From: Alphaproteobacteria bacterium | GTDB lineage: Bacteria > Pseudomonadota > Alphaproteobacteria > UBA828 | Assembly (NCBI GenBank): GCA_965214705.1 | Contig: CBDCCI010000002.1 | Location: 1,216,001 to 1,280,000 of the forward strand | Reading direction: 5' to 3' | Length of the DNA: 64,000 nucleotides | Shown here: positions 47,193 to 57,929 of the stretch, piece after piece | Layout of the letters: every line of letters starts with the position of its first letter | Numbering within the stretch: the stretch's first letter is position 1 | Made by a program: the position numbers and the translations under genes | The notes under the pieces: generated by a model | Told to the model about the DNA's origin: nothing | The model's input: the letters and a program-made list of their open reading frames with translations, nothing else | The model's database searches: none

Positions 47193-48686
47193 GAGCCTCT
47201 TGCAAAATAGCTGAGTCGAGTTGCTCTTCTGCCTGAGTGAAGGCCTTTGCGGTGGGACCGGCCCACCCTCGTGAGTATCATGTGCTGCCGCAAAACACCG
47301 CATGATGACCACGGAGGAGTGGAGCCGTGTCCCTGCGCGAGATGCTATCGGATTACTGGTACGCCTTTCAACAAGAGTTATTCCCGAGGCTCGAGAGCGA
47401 GCTTGGCCCGATGGGCGAGCGCTACGAGCTGTTCGTCGCGGTTCTGGAACTGGTGCGGGTCGAGGCTCTTCTGCCCTACTTCCGCGGCCAGGTAGGGCGG
47501 CCGGAGGAGGACCGCGCGGCGCTGGCGCGCGCCTTCATCGCCAAGGCCGTGTTCGACGTTCCGACGACGCGCGGCCTGATCGAGCGTCTTGAGGTTGACG
47601 GCAGGCTATGGCGGCTGTGCGGCTGGAGCGGTGCCGGGCGGCTTCCGAGCGAGGCGACGTTTTCGCGGGCCTTTTCCGAGTTTGCCGAGAGCCGTCTTGC
47701 GAACCGTCTGCATGAGACGTTGATTGCGCGGACGATGGATGGCCATCTTGTCGAGCACATCTCGCGGGATGCGACGGCGATCGAGGCGCGGGAGAAGCCG
47801 AAGCCGAAGGCAGCGAAGCCGAAGCGGCGCAAGCGGGGGCGGCCACGCAAGGGAGAGGCGCGGGCGAAGGAGCCGAGCCGGCTGGAACGGCAACTGACGA
47901 TGAGCCTTCCGCAGATGCTGGCAGACCTGCCGAGGGCCTGCGATGTCGGCAGCAAGCGCAACGCCAAGGGCCATACCACCTCCTGGATCGGGTACAAGCT
48001 GCACGTCGATACCGCCGATGGCGGGATCCCCATCAGCTGCATCATGACGTCTGCGTCGACGCATGACTCCCAGGTGGCGATTCCGTTGGGAACCCTGACG
48101 GCCGGGCGGGTCGAGAACCTCTACGACCTTATGGACGCGGCCTATGATTCCATCGAGATCTGGGCGCACAGCATCTTGCTGGGCCACAAGCCGATCATCG
48201 ACGTGAACCCCCGCCGCTCGGTCGAAATGCAAGAGGCGTTGAAGCAGGAGAAGAAGGCGCGGCGCACGCTCGGCCTCGTCTTTCCCGAGGAGCGTCGTTA
48301 CGTCGTGCGCTCGGGGTCCGAGCGGATCAATGGGCGGCTCAAGGATGAGTTCGGCGGCCGCCATGTCCGCGTGCGCGGGTACGACAAGGTTCTCGCCCAC
48401 CTCATGTTCGGCATGACCGTGCTGACGGCCAGCCAGCTGATGCGCCTTATCGTTCCGCCGATCTAGTCCGGCTCCTCTCCTTCGCCATCACCGCAGCCGC
48501 ACTTCCTGAGAGGCGGAGCGGCCAAACGCGCCTGGAGTTCGGCGAAAATACCGAATCGGAGGCAGCGCCAACGCTGATCCGACCATGGTCGCGATCAAAA
48601 TCGCGCCAATTGCCGTGCGCCGACGTCGCTGCTAGCTTGGGTGTTCTTGCGCCGCTCCGAGTCGATCAGAGTTTTGCAAGCGGCTC
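47193..48686 (+). mobile_element. Complete 1494-bp insertion sequence (DDE, IS5/IS1182-like) with 4-bp target duplication
   Basis: Left end GAGCCTCTTGCAAAA and right end TTTTGCAAGCGGCTC (15-bp IR, 1 mismatch); AATG at 47189-47192 and 48687-48690. Confidence 0.92.
47327..48466 (+). CDS. DDE transposase
   Basis: Motifs GRP…LPSEATFSR, SRDATAI, WIGYKLHV, HDSQ, MDAAYD and RSGSERINGRLK. Confidence 0.92.
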   Translation: MSLREMLSDYWYAFQQELFPRLESELGPMGERYELFVAVLELVRVEALLPYFRGQVGRPEEDRAALARAFIAKAVFDVPTTRGLIERLEVDGRLWRLCGWSGAGRLPSEATFSRAFSEFAESRLANRLHETLIARTMDGHLVEHISRDATAIEAREKPKPKAAKPKRRKRGRPRKGEARAKEPSRLERQLTMSLPQMLADLPRACDVGSKRNAKGHTTSWIGYKLHVDTADGGIPISCIMTSASTHDSQVAIPLGTLTAGRVENLYDLMDAAYDSIEIWAHSILLGHKPIIDVNPRRSVEMQEALKQEKKARRTLGLVFPEERRYVVRSGSERINGRLKDEFGGRHVRVRGYDKVLAHLMFGMTVLTASQLMRLIVPPI

Positions 48687-51163
48687 AATGGCGAGGTACC
48701 GTTGCTTTATCTTTTCCCATCTGATTTGTATGATCGGGCCGTACCGTCTAGCATTGTGCCAATTCGAATATACGATCAAGTTGTCATGCTCCAAAGTAGT
48801 TACCTTTTGTAGTTGAGAAAAATCTGATTCAACAATCAACCCTTCAAATCCCTGCCCCGTGAGGCCACTACTGACAACTACGCAATCCTCGAACACCCCT
48901 TGTCTTGCTACCAACAGTCCACCGGGTGGCTGGACGATCCATCCTCCCAGCATTTGATCGGGCGGACATCGGCGCCCCACTATGGGCGCCTCCATACCAA
49001 AGAAGGTTATATCCAAGTCCGTTTCTTCTTCTCCGCTATCATCCACTAGACGCACAACGATATCGTCCTGATCGCGATTCAAGACCCAACGCAATGGAGG
49101 AACATCGTGCTCAAAGCGGAAAGAAAGGGTACCCAGCTCCTCGGCCGACACATCTAGGTCGCCGGTCGCTGCTCCAAGATAGATCCAAGTGTTCTTGTCT
49201 CTATTCAGAAACTGACCGAACCTTTCTTTCCACACATCTGGACGAAGAGGTAGTTCCATGCGTCCGCCGACTTCTTCGGAGAGTATTTCGCCTCCCGTCC
49301 TGTCGCTGAGTCGAACCTTGGCTGACACGGGCCGACCTTCCGGCCCGAATACCGAGAGCCTTACCTCGTTCCTCCAGAACGTTTCCAGATCCGCATCATG
49401 CGGCTCGAGGTTACCGATTAGTCCACTGTGTGACGCGACACCTGGAATCCACGGCTCTGGCTCTCTTACGTGAAGCGCAATGTGCCCTTCTGCCTCGGGC
49501 CTCGAGATGACTGCGCCAAGCTCGCCACTGCGCCTCGCCTTGACCGTGAGGACATGCTTGCCCGTCTGCAACCGCGGCAACCGTACGAATACGGGTTCTC
49601 CAGGCCTATCTGCCTCGACTGCTACCTCGCTTTCTCCGTTGAGGCGCAGCAAGTACCGCTCCACCTCGTAGTCATGCACCATACCGATAATAGGAGTCTC
49701 AGTTGTTAACCACTCGCTCAGTCCTTCCCCATTCCAGCCCCGACCCGGAAGCCCGGCAGGCCAGACGCGAGTCGTGTGCACCACCCTCAGACTGAATTGC
49801 GAAAGCCACTCCACGATGTCCGCAGTCGTCTCGTCGGGTGCATCCAATCGATAGGCCGATATCCCAGCACAATCGACGTCAAGCGATTGCATACCGAACC
49901 TGAGGTCATCCAGCTCCTCGGCGGACACGATGATGTATCTGCCCCCGGGCCGAAGGTTGCCGCCAGCTATTTCCCGCCCCGTTCCATCCTCGCCGATACG
50001 GAACAGCCAGATCGGTCCAGCACTCATCCGACATGAGGTCTGGAGGATGTTGTCAAGGCGTGGTTCCGACCGCTCGAACTGGATCATCGGTTGCGCAGGA
50101 TCGGGCCACCGTTTCAGGACGCCCTTTCTGTTTCCGTATAGCAACCATCCGCCTGGCTTGTAGTCGTCGGCGCCACTAAGTTGACACCTTGTGCCTCTCA
50201 CGAATGAACGAATATCGCCACTCAGCGCGCAAACTTCCTTGAAGGAGGGCGCCTCCGCCCAGACAATCCATTTTCCTCCGCCGCGATGACTGAAGCAGAT
50301 CCTGGGCCTTACATCCGGCGCCGACTCTTCCCGCCCATGACTTTCACCCTGGCGAATACCTCCTCCGCCACCTGGGAGCCCTCCTGCTATGCCTACAAAC
50401 CTGTCCCTGACATACCTTCGGGCCTCGCCAAGCCACTCGCGCGCGTTGCGTGTCTCTTCCAAGTCCCTGACAATGCGTTCCAGCGTGGGCGGGTAGATGG
50501 GCTCCGTACCCTCTTCCGGCCATTCTCCGAGGAGTCCCAACACTATTCGCCCGGTCAACTCCTCTTGTTGAAGGAAGTCTTGGAAGCGCGCTGAGCTGTG
50601 ATATGCATTACCGGCAAATCGTCTACCGACACCACTTGGATTCACTGACGTCAAAATACCCAAACTGTGACGCTGATGATATAGCTCCTTGGCAAACTGC
50701 AATTGCAAGTACTTCGGGAGAATGGCATGGGTAATCGGTCTAGAAATGATGCTGAAGTGATTGGCCCACCGACCGCTGGGAACTACCCCGTTGTAGGTTC
50801 TCAAGAATCTCCGAAACCACTGAGATAACTGACTACGATGCCGACCGTCCCACAACGGCGTTTGCGTTTCAAATGATGGCCAATACTCGTCACCCTTGTA
50901 TTGATACCCGTGTTCAGTCGAATAGATGACCCACAACAACCAGTGTGTTGACAGTCGATCACCCCTCTTCAAGCGCAAACGTAGCCCATCGGCAATTTCT
51001 TCGACTTCGTCCTCGTCGAGCCCATGCTCGATGGCAAATACACCCAACCCAGTCTCTTTCCGCCCTACCGAAAGCTCTTGAAAATGCCGTTCAATCCGAT
51101 CCTGCCAATCGTCGAGAGACCTCATCATAGCCACTCTGCCCCATGCTCCGACGTTGCGTCCAG

Positions 51164-52360
51164 CTAACCTGCCTGCCGAAGCTGGGATCTAATCTTCCGG
51201 CTATGTCTGCCAAATAACGACGCCAAGTCTTCAAGTTTCCATTCGAGGTAATCTGACCTCCGCTTCGCCCGCGGCCGTACCCATCGCTCAAGTGCCAACT
51301 CTGCCACCTCGCCCACGCTGAGCAGATTTGAAATATCTGGTTGGCCCTTCCCCGTCAGGAGTATCTTTGCTCCCTCGGACACGAGGAACGAGATGAAGAC
51401 CTCTCTCCTAATCCCGTGCCGAAGGATATTGTCCCTCAATCCCAGTTCTTTCAGTGCGGCTCGTGTCGTTCGCAGTCGCCAATTCGGACCCTCACCAAAC
51501 CGGTGACGATCTGCATAGGGATGCGCTTCTCTCCTCAAGTAGCTTCGTAGCTCCAAAAACAATTTGTCTGGAATATGGAAATGGCCCCAGCCCTCAGTAT
51601 AGCCCAGGGACTCAAAATATTGTGTACCATCCAACTTCAGGCGGTTGTACACTGACGATCGACCCATCGAAGAAGAGGTTGTTACGGCTATCAAACGAGC
51701 ATGTTTATTCGCACCAGAAATGATTCCCGTCGTGTCTCCGTATTCCGCTTGGAAGTCCTTGTATATTTCGCGTGTCCGGATCAAGCACGCAACCATCTTT
51801 CCTGCAAGCAACAAATTATAAGGCGGAAGTGCTCCGAGCACGTATGCGTCCATGAGATTCACAAGCCGGGCGCTTCTATCCTGAGCTGACCAGCCAATCA
51901 AATTATCTCTCACAGCAAGATTAAAAACCGGATCTCCGATAGCAATTAATCCGATCAACTTGTCGTTACTATCGTCCCATAAAAGATATCTCAGCCTGCG
52001 GCCGAACCCATTAGAAACCGGCACAGACCAAGTCAGCGATGCCAAGCGAAACAGCTCGGACTGCTGAGTCCCGGCGTAGATTCTCTCTAGTCTTGGAGAA
52101 ATCTGCTCGGGACGTATATCTTCACCCGAGGCAAAGTGTTCGACTAGCTTCGGGGCTCGCTCAGATAGAAATTTACGGTTGTTGGCTAATCTTGCCTTTC
52201 GTTGGGCACCGTGCAGCGCCCGTACTGCATGCTTCCCATCGCCATCTATTGCCAAGGATCCATCATTCTGTCTCCTGAAACCAATTTGCCTCAGGTGCCG
52301 TCGGACTTTTCTCTTGAGGTTGTCTTCATACGAAGAAATTGTGACAACGTTAGTTTTCAT
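51164..52360 (-). CDS. druA: Druantia DruA (DUF4338)
   Basis: Motifs WSVPVSNGFGRRLRYLLWD, GDPVFNLAVRD, MDAYVLGALPPYNLLLAGK, SSMGRSSVYNRL and GYTEGWGHF; 398 aa. Confidence 0.85.
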   Translation of the reverse strand: MKTNVVTISSYEDNLKRKVRRHLRQIGFRRQNDGSLAIDGDGKHAVRALHGAQRKARLANNRKFLSERAPKLVEHFASGEDIRPEQISPRLERIYAGTQQSELFRLASLTWSVPVSNGFGRRLRYLLWDDSNDKLIGLIAIGDPVFNLAVRDNLIGWSAQDRSARLVNLMDAYVLGALPPYNLLLAGKMVACLIRTREIYKDFQAEYGDTTGIISGANKHARLIAVTTSSSMGRSSVYNRLKLDGTQYFESLGYTEGWGHFHIPDKLFLELRSYLRREAHPYADRHRFGEGPNWRLRTTRAALKELGLRDNILRHGIRREVFISFLVSEGAKILLTGKGQPDISNLLSVGEVAELALERWVRPRAKRRSDYLEWKLEDLASLFGRHSRKIRSQLRQAG

Positions 52361-52676
52361 CTAATGTGACCTACCAGGCTTATTCATTTGAAGATGGCAA
52401 TCGTCAACCATTAAATGACCGGAAAGTTTGTTCGATATGAAATTCGTCCATGCGCCAGTTTCCACCTGGCATGGATACCCACCAAGAGATCCATATCTGC
52501 TTGTTTCGTAAGCTCGGCAGTAGCGGAGACCGCTGCCCTGCATCAACCCCTTATCCCTGTTTGGCTTCCCGCGGCTTGGCGATCCCGCCGGAGCGCGCGC
52601 TGTCTTCGAACGGCAAGCGGCCGAATTCAACTTGCGGCCCCCCTGTCCGCGCTTGTCCTCGGTCGCCCTTCACCCC

Positions 52677-52962
52677 GATCACGAGTCGCCTGCGTCGACG
52701 GCATCCCATTAACGGCTTGCCGGCTTTGAACGTCGGGGCGGTCGAGGCGACGATGTTCAGCTTTCTCCCGTCCTGGGATTGCGCCCAGTGCGGCGGGGCG
52801 GCTCCTGGTGCCGAAGATGCCGAAGCCGGCAATCCGAACATGCTCGCCCTTGGCCAGGGCCTCCGAGATCGCCTCGAACACGGCGTCCACCGCATCCTCG
52901 GCCGCCGACTTTCCGACTCCGGTCCGGGCGGCCACAAGGCCCGCGATCTCCGACTCGTTCAC
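52677..52962 (-). pseudogene. HU-family DNA-binding protein, frameshifted
   Basis: MNESEIAGLVAARTG…VRIAGFGIF, then RTGRNPRTGE and APTFKAGK fall in two other frames. End approximate. Confidence 0.75.
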
Positions 52963-53230
52963 CCGTTCTCACCCTCCGTTGCCGCGTTCTCGGGACGCCC
53001 GATCCGCCCGACAGACCGCAGCCCAGGCCGGCACCCACGGTTAGCACGAAACCTCCGCCGTTTCGATCCCGGTAGCGGCAATTCCGCCCTCTTCCTGCCG
53101 GAGCGACGCCACCGGCGCGTCGCACTGCCAAGCCTCGCGGCGGGGCTTCAGGCGTTCGAGGTTGGTCTGCTCCAGGCGCCTCGTGGGGGCCGGAGAGCGG
53201 CCTCTCGCGCCACCGCCGGGGGACCGAACC

Positions 53231-53520
53231 ATGTCCAGCCGTATCGCCGACATTCCCGTGCCGCCGCAGTGCGACGACAGGATTCGTGCCGGCGCCCTCG
53301 TCGCCATCAACGATTCAGGCAGCAAGGATTCACAGGGCATGACGATCCTGCTGTCGCGGATCGTCCCGCTCGCGCAACTCGTGGCTGTCCACGCACCGCT
53401 GGGCGAAGTCGAATGGCCGGGCACGGTCGAGCATATCGAAGCGACGCTGCCCGCAGGCGTGCCGCTCATATTCGCGCCCGTCACATCCGGCAAGTCGCTG
53501 CTCCACCGCGTCTCCAGGTG
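53231..53520 (+). pseudogene. PAPS-reductase-family (PP-loop) N-terminal fragment
   Basis: ALVAINDSGSKDSQ (degenerate SGGKDS)…AVHAPLGEVEWPG; recognisable similarity is lost after ~95 aa. Confidence 0.55.
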
Positions 53521-53638
53521 GTCCCGAATTGGGGCCGGCCCGAGACGTTATGGACGGCGCCGGTGCAGCGCCGGGCGCGTTGGCGTCGAGCGACATGGGG
53601 TCGGTCGACATTCTCGTCGGCAAACGCGCTGATGGATG

Positions 53639-54091
53639 TCATCGATCACCGTGGCTCGAAAGGAGGATGCCTTCGGTAGCCGGCAAGCCCAACTTCGTTG
53701 CGGCCGCCACCATCGACTTGTCCAGGCTGTAGATCGCATCGGCGCGGCGGTTGTCCGCAATGGCGAGGTGCAATGCGTCCCCCGCCCTCAGACCGGTCTC
53801 GAACCGGTTGACCCAATCTCTGGCCCGATCGAAATCGTTACGGTCCGGCAAGAAGACGACAAAGGACTCCTCGATCATGGATTCGAACCGTGACCCCGCC
53901 TCGTGCGCCGCTGCGGGGTCAAGGTCGCCCATGCGGACCTCGCGGGCAAGCAGCGAGGCGAACTCGACCCGGGTCCAGTGGCTGACCGCCAGTTCGTCGG
54001 CCGGCAGGTTTTCGAAGAATCCGGCTATCGGTTCGCTGGTGGCCTCGGGGAGGATGAGGGGCACGAGGAAACTGGTGTCGAAATAGCGCAT
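53639..54091 (-). CDS. vapC: PIN-domain toxin
   Basis: PIN acidic residues in YFDTSFLV, TRVEFAS, LRAGDALHLA and SLD. Confidence 0.88.
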   Translation of the reverse strand: MRYFDTSFLVPLILPEATSEPIAGFFENLPADELAVSHWTRVEFASLLAREVRMGDLDPAAAHEAGSRFESMIEESFVVFLPDRNDFDRARDWVNRFETGLRAGDALHLAIADNRRADAIYSLDKSMVAAATKLGLPATEGILLSSHGDR

Positions 54092-54109
54092 CCGCGGGGA
54101 TTGCCGGCT

Positions 54110-54406
<297 letters not shown>

Positions 54407-54470
54407 CTACATTGTTTTCGCGAAGGCACCGGCACCGGGGTGCAGACGACCTCGCGCCTGACGGTCCGGC

Positions 54471-55217
54471 TCAGACTTTCCTGACGGTCCAGATCACCTT
54501 GCCGACGATATGGGCCTCGTCGATCAGACAGGTATAGGGCTCGTAGTCCGGGTTTGCGGAGAGCAGTCGTATCGCGGGGGGGGGGTCGGAGCGGGCCAGC
54601 ATCTCGACCCGCTTGACCACGAGGCCGCCGCCGTCCCAGAGCACCACCATCTCGCCGGTCACCGGCATGCGGCGGGAGATGTCGACCACGATCCTGTCGC
54701 CCTCTCCGATGAAGGGCTCCATGGAATCGCCGCGTGCGCCGAGGATGCGCAGGTTCTCGGGCGCGGTGCGTCCCTCGTGGCGGATCATGGCGTCGGGCAT
54801 ATACCAGCGCGCGGCTTCCGCCGTGTTGTCCTCATTGAGAGCGCCGGGACCGGCGGAGGCGTCGACGGCCATCTCCCGGACGGCCGACACCGGCGCGTTG
54901 GGAAGCTGGGGCGGCTTGAAACGGGGAACGCGGGGTTTTGCAGGCCTGCGCCTTGGCACGAAGTCCTGACGCAGGCTCTCGGGATCGCAGCCGAGCCACT
55001 CGGCCAGCGCGCTGCGGTCGCGGGAGCGGAGCACTTTGGGGGTTCCGCGCTCGAGAAACTGGTGCACGTAGGAGGGGCCCCTTCCGATGGCGAGGGAGGC
55101 CTCGCGCATGGTGCCGTCGCGCTCCCGGAGGAGGTCGCGGATTCTCTGCCTGACGGGGTCTGTCTTGAGAATGTGCCTGTCATCGGCAGGCGTTGAGGCT
55201 TTTCGGTCATGGGGCAC
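54471..55217 (-). CDS. CI/LexA-like repressor (HTH + S24 peptidase)
   Basis: HTH REASLAIGRGPSYVHQFL, Ala-Gly cleavage site ASAGPG, catalytic GDSMEP and VKR. Confidence 0.85.
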   Translation of the reverse strand: MPHDRKASTPADDRHILKTDPVRQRIRDLLRERDGTMREASLAIGRGPSYVHQFLERGTPKVLRSRDRSALAEWLGCDPESLRQDFVPRRRPAKPRVPRFKPPQLPNAPVSAVREMAVDASAGPGALNEDNTAEAARWYMPDAMIRHEGRTAPENLRILGARGDSMEPFIGEGDRIVVDISRRMPVTGEMVVLWDGGGLVVKRVEMLARSDPPPAIRLLSANPDYEPYTCLIDEAHIVGKVIWTVRKV

Positions 55218-55433
55218 GGAGTGTTCTCGGGAAGTGGGGATCGTTGATATGTCATAGGCGCTTCATGCGTATTGTCAAGCATATGTTGTATGTCTGTTCT
55301 CAATTCGCTCAACCCGTGCCCCGGCTCATCCACACGTCACTTCCGTAGCGTTTGTCGACTCCCCCACGAACTGGTGAGTTCGTCTGCTAAGTCGAGTCAC
55401 CCCCTTCCCCTTGGACGAACCGGCACGACAGAT

Positions 55434-57917
55434 ATGAACGAAGAATCCAATACGACGACCATCATCATTGTCCTCGTCGTATTGGCGTTGTTGGCGGTCG
55501 GTACAGCATTCCTCACGCGATTTATCGTGCGCCGCATTGCGCGGGCATTTTCGCGTCGATCATCGCAGCGACGTGTAGGAGGGTCAGAAACCAAGGAGCA
55601 ACAAAGAACTGCCAAGACGACTCCCGGAACCACCCACAAGGAGCCCACGCTCCGTTCGGGAACCTCAGCTCGTAAGCATACTGCTCCTAGGACCCAACGT
55701 CCGGAGGCGCCAGTCGCCCGCACAGCTCCTCCAAAGTCCCAGCCCTCAGAACCGCCGCCGGTCGTCCGCCTGTCCTCTGCCGAGTCCCACCCACAGGAGG
55801 TGTCGCCTCCTCCCAAGGAGTCCACGCCAAGGACAACACGCCAAACGAGGACCAAACAGCGCGTCGGATCGGGATGGGTTCCCAAGGACGGCAGCGCCTA
55901 TGTCGCCGGCCGGGAGATTGGCGGCATGGTCTATGTTGGTCGGGGGGCGCGTGCCGGTAACTTCAACGAACCGGACAACGCGTTTATCGATCCAAGCAAG
56001 AATGCCGCCTCGCGTGGAGGCGATTATGAGGGGCAGGGCATGGACTATTGGCCGAATTACTCGGCCATCAATGCTCGGTCGCGAGCAACGTATCTTGATT
56101 GGCTTTCCGGTGGCCGCTCCGACACGCGCTACAATGTGGGCTACGTGTTTCTTTATTTCTATGGGCTTGAGCGACGGGTCTTTGTCGACAAGACGGACCC
56201 GCAGGAACGTGCCGACATCGTTGCCGAAGTTCGCAGACTGCTTGAAATCTACGGCGATAACCACTCGATACGCCGTTACCTTGGCGCCTTCATCGATACG
56301 ACAAGCCTCCTGGAATCGGGCAGCGCCCCCCAGCCTGTCTACGAGCACGACGGTTACGAGATGCCTGCGAATGTCCTGCTTGCACTGGGCAGTATGGCGG
56401 CGCACGGCGTGCCGCTCTCATCGGATTGGCTTCTATCCTGGTTCCTATGCCACCCTGAAACGAGGTTAAGAACACCGGCCAAGCGCGCCTTTGCCGAGTT
56501 CAAGGCTTACTTTCGTCACTTGTTTGACCAGGAATATCCGGATGGACTGAAGATTCGCACGCCAAAGCGGCGCTTGAAGCTTCAATACCATGCTTCTTCC
56601 GGCAAATTTGCAACAGACTTGAGCGAGTACCTGGGCGACATACCCGACGTTTCAGGTCTCTCAGCACCGCTTCGAATTGCACAGAAAATAGCCGACGCGA
56701 GCGCCGATGGGTTGGACAAGTACAGTCGTTATCTCGGGCGTAATCCCGATGGGAAAGGCACCATTGAGGCCCACGCTCTCCTGCCCGAAGCCCTGTGGCC
56801 GTCGTTCCCCTGTCCTGAGAAGGAGGACCTTCAGATCTGGGCGACGACACAGATTGAATCCGGTGGTCTCGTGCCGGTCGAAGACGTCGTGGAGAGGCTG
56901 GAAGGGGCTCGGCCCGACAAGATCGGGAAGCGCCAGCTGATTGGAGTTGCCGATGCGCTCGCAAGACTTGGCGTGGGCATGGCGCCCGATCCCCGTTTCG
57001 CGCTGAGGAAGCCGCAGTCGGGCGAACCCGTGGTCCTTTTCCATCTGCCGCAAGACACGCGCACCATCGAAAGCCCCGGCGATGCGTATCGAAGCGCGAT
57101 CCTCAACCTCGCGGTTGCGACGCTGGTAGCCCACGCAGATGGTCAGATCGATCATGCGGAGCGACAGCATTTGGCCGGACAGATCGACGGCAACCAATCG
57201 GTATCCGAGGCCGAGCGGGGGCGGCTGCACGCCAATCTCTCCTGGATGATCGCTGTCCCGCCCGATATCGGCATGCTGCGGACCCGCCTCCGCAACGCGC
57301 CCGAAGATCTACGCGGTGCGCTGGGTCAATTGGCGGTCGTCGCGGCAGGAGCAGATGGCGCGATCGACCCGGAGGAAATTCGCGTCATCGAGCGGCTCTA
57401 TGCAGTGATGAGCCTGGAGCGCGAGCGTGTTTACGCCGACTTGCATGCGCTCACGTCCGCGCCGGAGCCGGTAACCGTGCGTCCTGCCGATCGCACCACG
57501 CGAGAGTTCGTGATCCCGTCGGCACCGCCCGAGACGCCCGCGGACGCAGTGACCCTGGACGCGGCGCGCGTATCCGCGGTGATGGCCGACACTGCGCGCG
57601 TCAGCCAGGTACTCGGCGATATTTTCTCGGACGGAGATGACGACGACGAGGAGAGCGTCGACGACAGCGTTGTCGACGCAGACGATGGATTCAGTGGCCT
57701 CGACGCCCCGCACAGGGCTGTCGTGTCGGTGCTCATCACGCGCCACCAGTGGACAGAGGACGAGATCGCAGGCTTGGCCGACGAGCATCAACTGATGACC
57801 GCGGGCGCGCTTGAGGCCATCAACGAGTGGGCCTTCGATAGGTTCGACGACGCGCTCATCGAAGAATACGACGGCTATGAGATAAACGGCGATATCGTCC
57901 AACAATTGATGCGTTGA
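55434..57917 (+). CDS. sngA: Shango SngA: TerB-N/TerB/TerB-C domain protein with N-terminal TM helix
   Basis: YWPNYS…RATYLDWL…GYVFLYFYGLERR (TerB-N), VAHADGQID and AGADGAIDPEE (TerB), GALEAINEWAFD (TerB-C); start at ATG 55434. Confidence 0.82.
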   Translation: MNEESNTTTIIIVLVVLALLAVGTAFLTRFIVRRIARAFSRRSSQRRVGGSETKEQQRTAKTTPGTTHKEPTLRSGTSARKHTAPRTQRPEAPVARTAPPKSQPSEPPPVVRLSSAESHPQEVSPPPKESTPRTTRQTRTKQRVGSGWVPKDGSAYVAGREIGGMVYVGRGARAGNFNEPDNAFIDPSKNAASRGGDYEGQGMDYWPNYSAINARSRATYLDWLSGGRSDTRYNVGYVFLYFYGLERRVFVDKTDPQERADIVAEVRRLLEIYGDNHSIRRYLGAFIDTTSLLESGSAPQPVYEHDGYEMPANVLLALGSMAAHGVPLSSDWLLSWFLCHPETRLRTPAKRAFAEFKAYFRHLFDQEYPDGLKIRTPKRRLKLQYHASSGKFATDLSEYLGDIPDVSGLSAPLRIAQKIADASADGLDKYSRYLGRNPDGKGTIEAHALLPEALWPSFPCPEKEDLQIWATTQIESGGLVPVEDVVERLEGARPDKIGKRQLIGVADALARLGVGMAPDPRFALRKPQSGEPVVLFHLPQDTRTIESPGDAYRSAILNLAVATLVAHADGQIDHAERQHLAGQIDGNQSVSEAERGRLHANLSWMIAVPPDIGMLRTRLRNAPEDLRGALGQLAVVAAGADGAIDPEEIRVIERLYAVMSLERERVYADLHALTSAPEPVTVRPADRTTREFVIPSAPPETPADAVTLDAARVSAVMADTARVSQVLGDIFSDGDDDDEESVDDSVVDADDGFSGLDAPHRAVVSVLITRHQWTEDEIAGLADEHQLMTAGALEAINEWAFDRFDDALIEEYDGYEINGDIVQQLMR

Positions 57918-57929
57918 CGGGAGAAGGAC

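Larger units (their letters stand above)
46796..51134 (-). pseudogene. Druantia ~946-aa accessory gene (DruB/DruC slot) interrupted by an IS
   Basis: Removing 47193-48690 (IS plus one AATG copy) joins …KQRYLAI to VYEKLCGRNW… in frame: 2444 + 397 = 2841 bp = 947 codons. Confidence 0.85.

Noticed and set aside
47282-47296. GTGCTGCCGCAAAAC as the IS left end
   Set aside because: A better IR with a matching AATG duplication and in-frame gene restoration lies at 47193.
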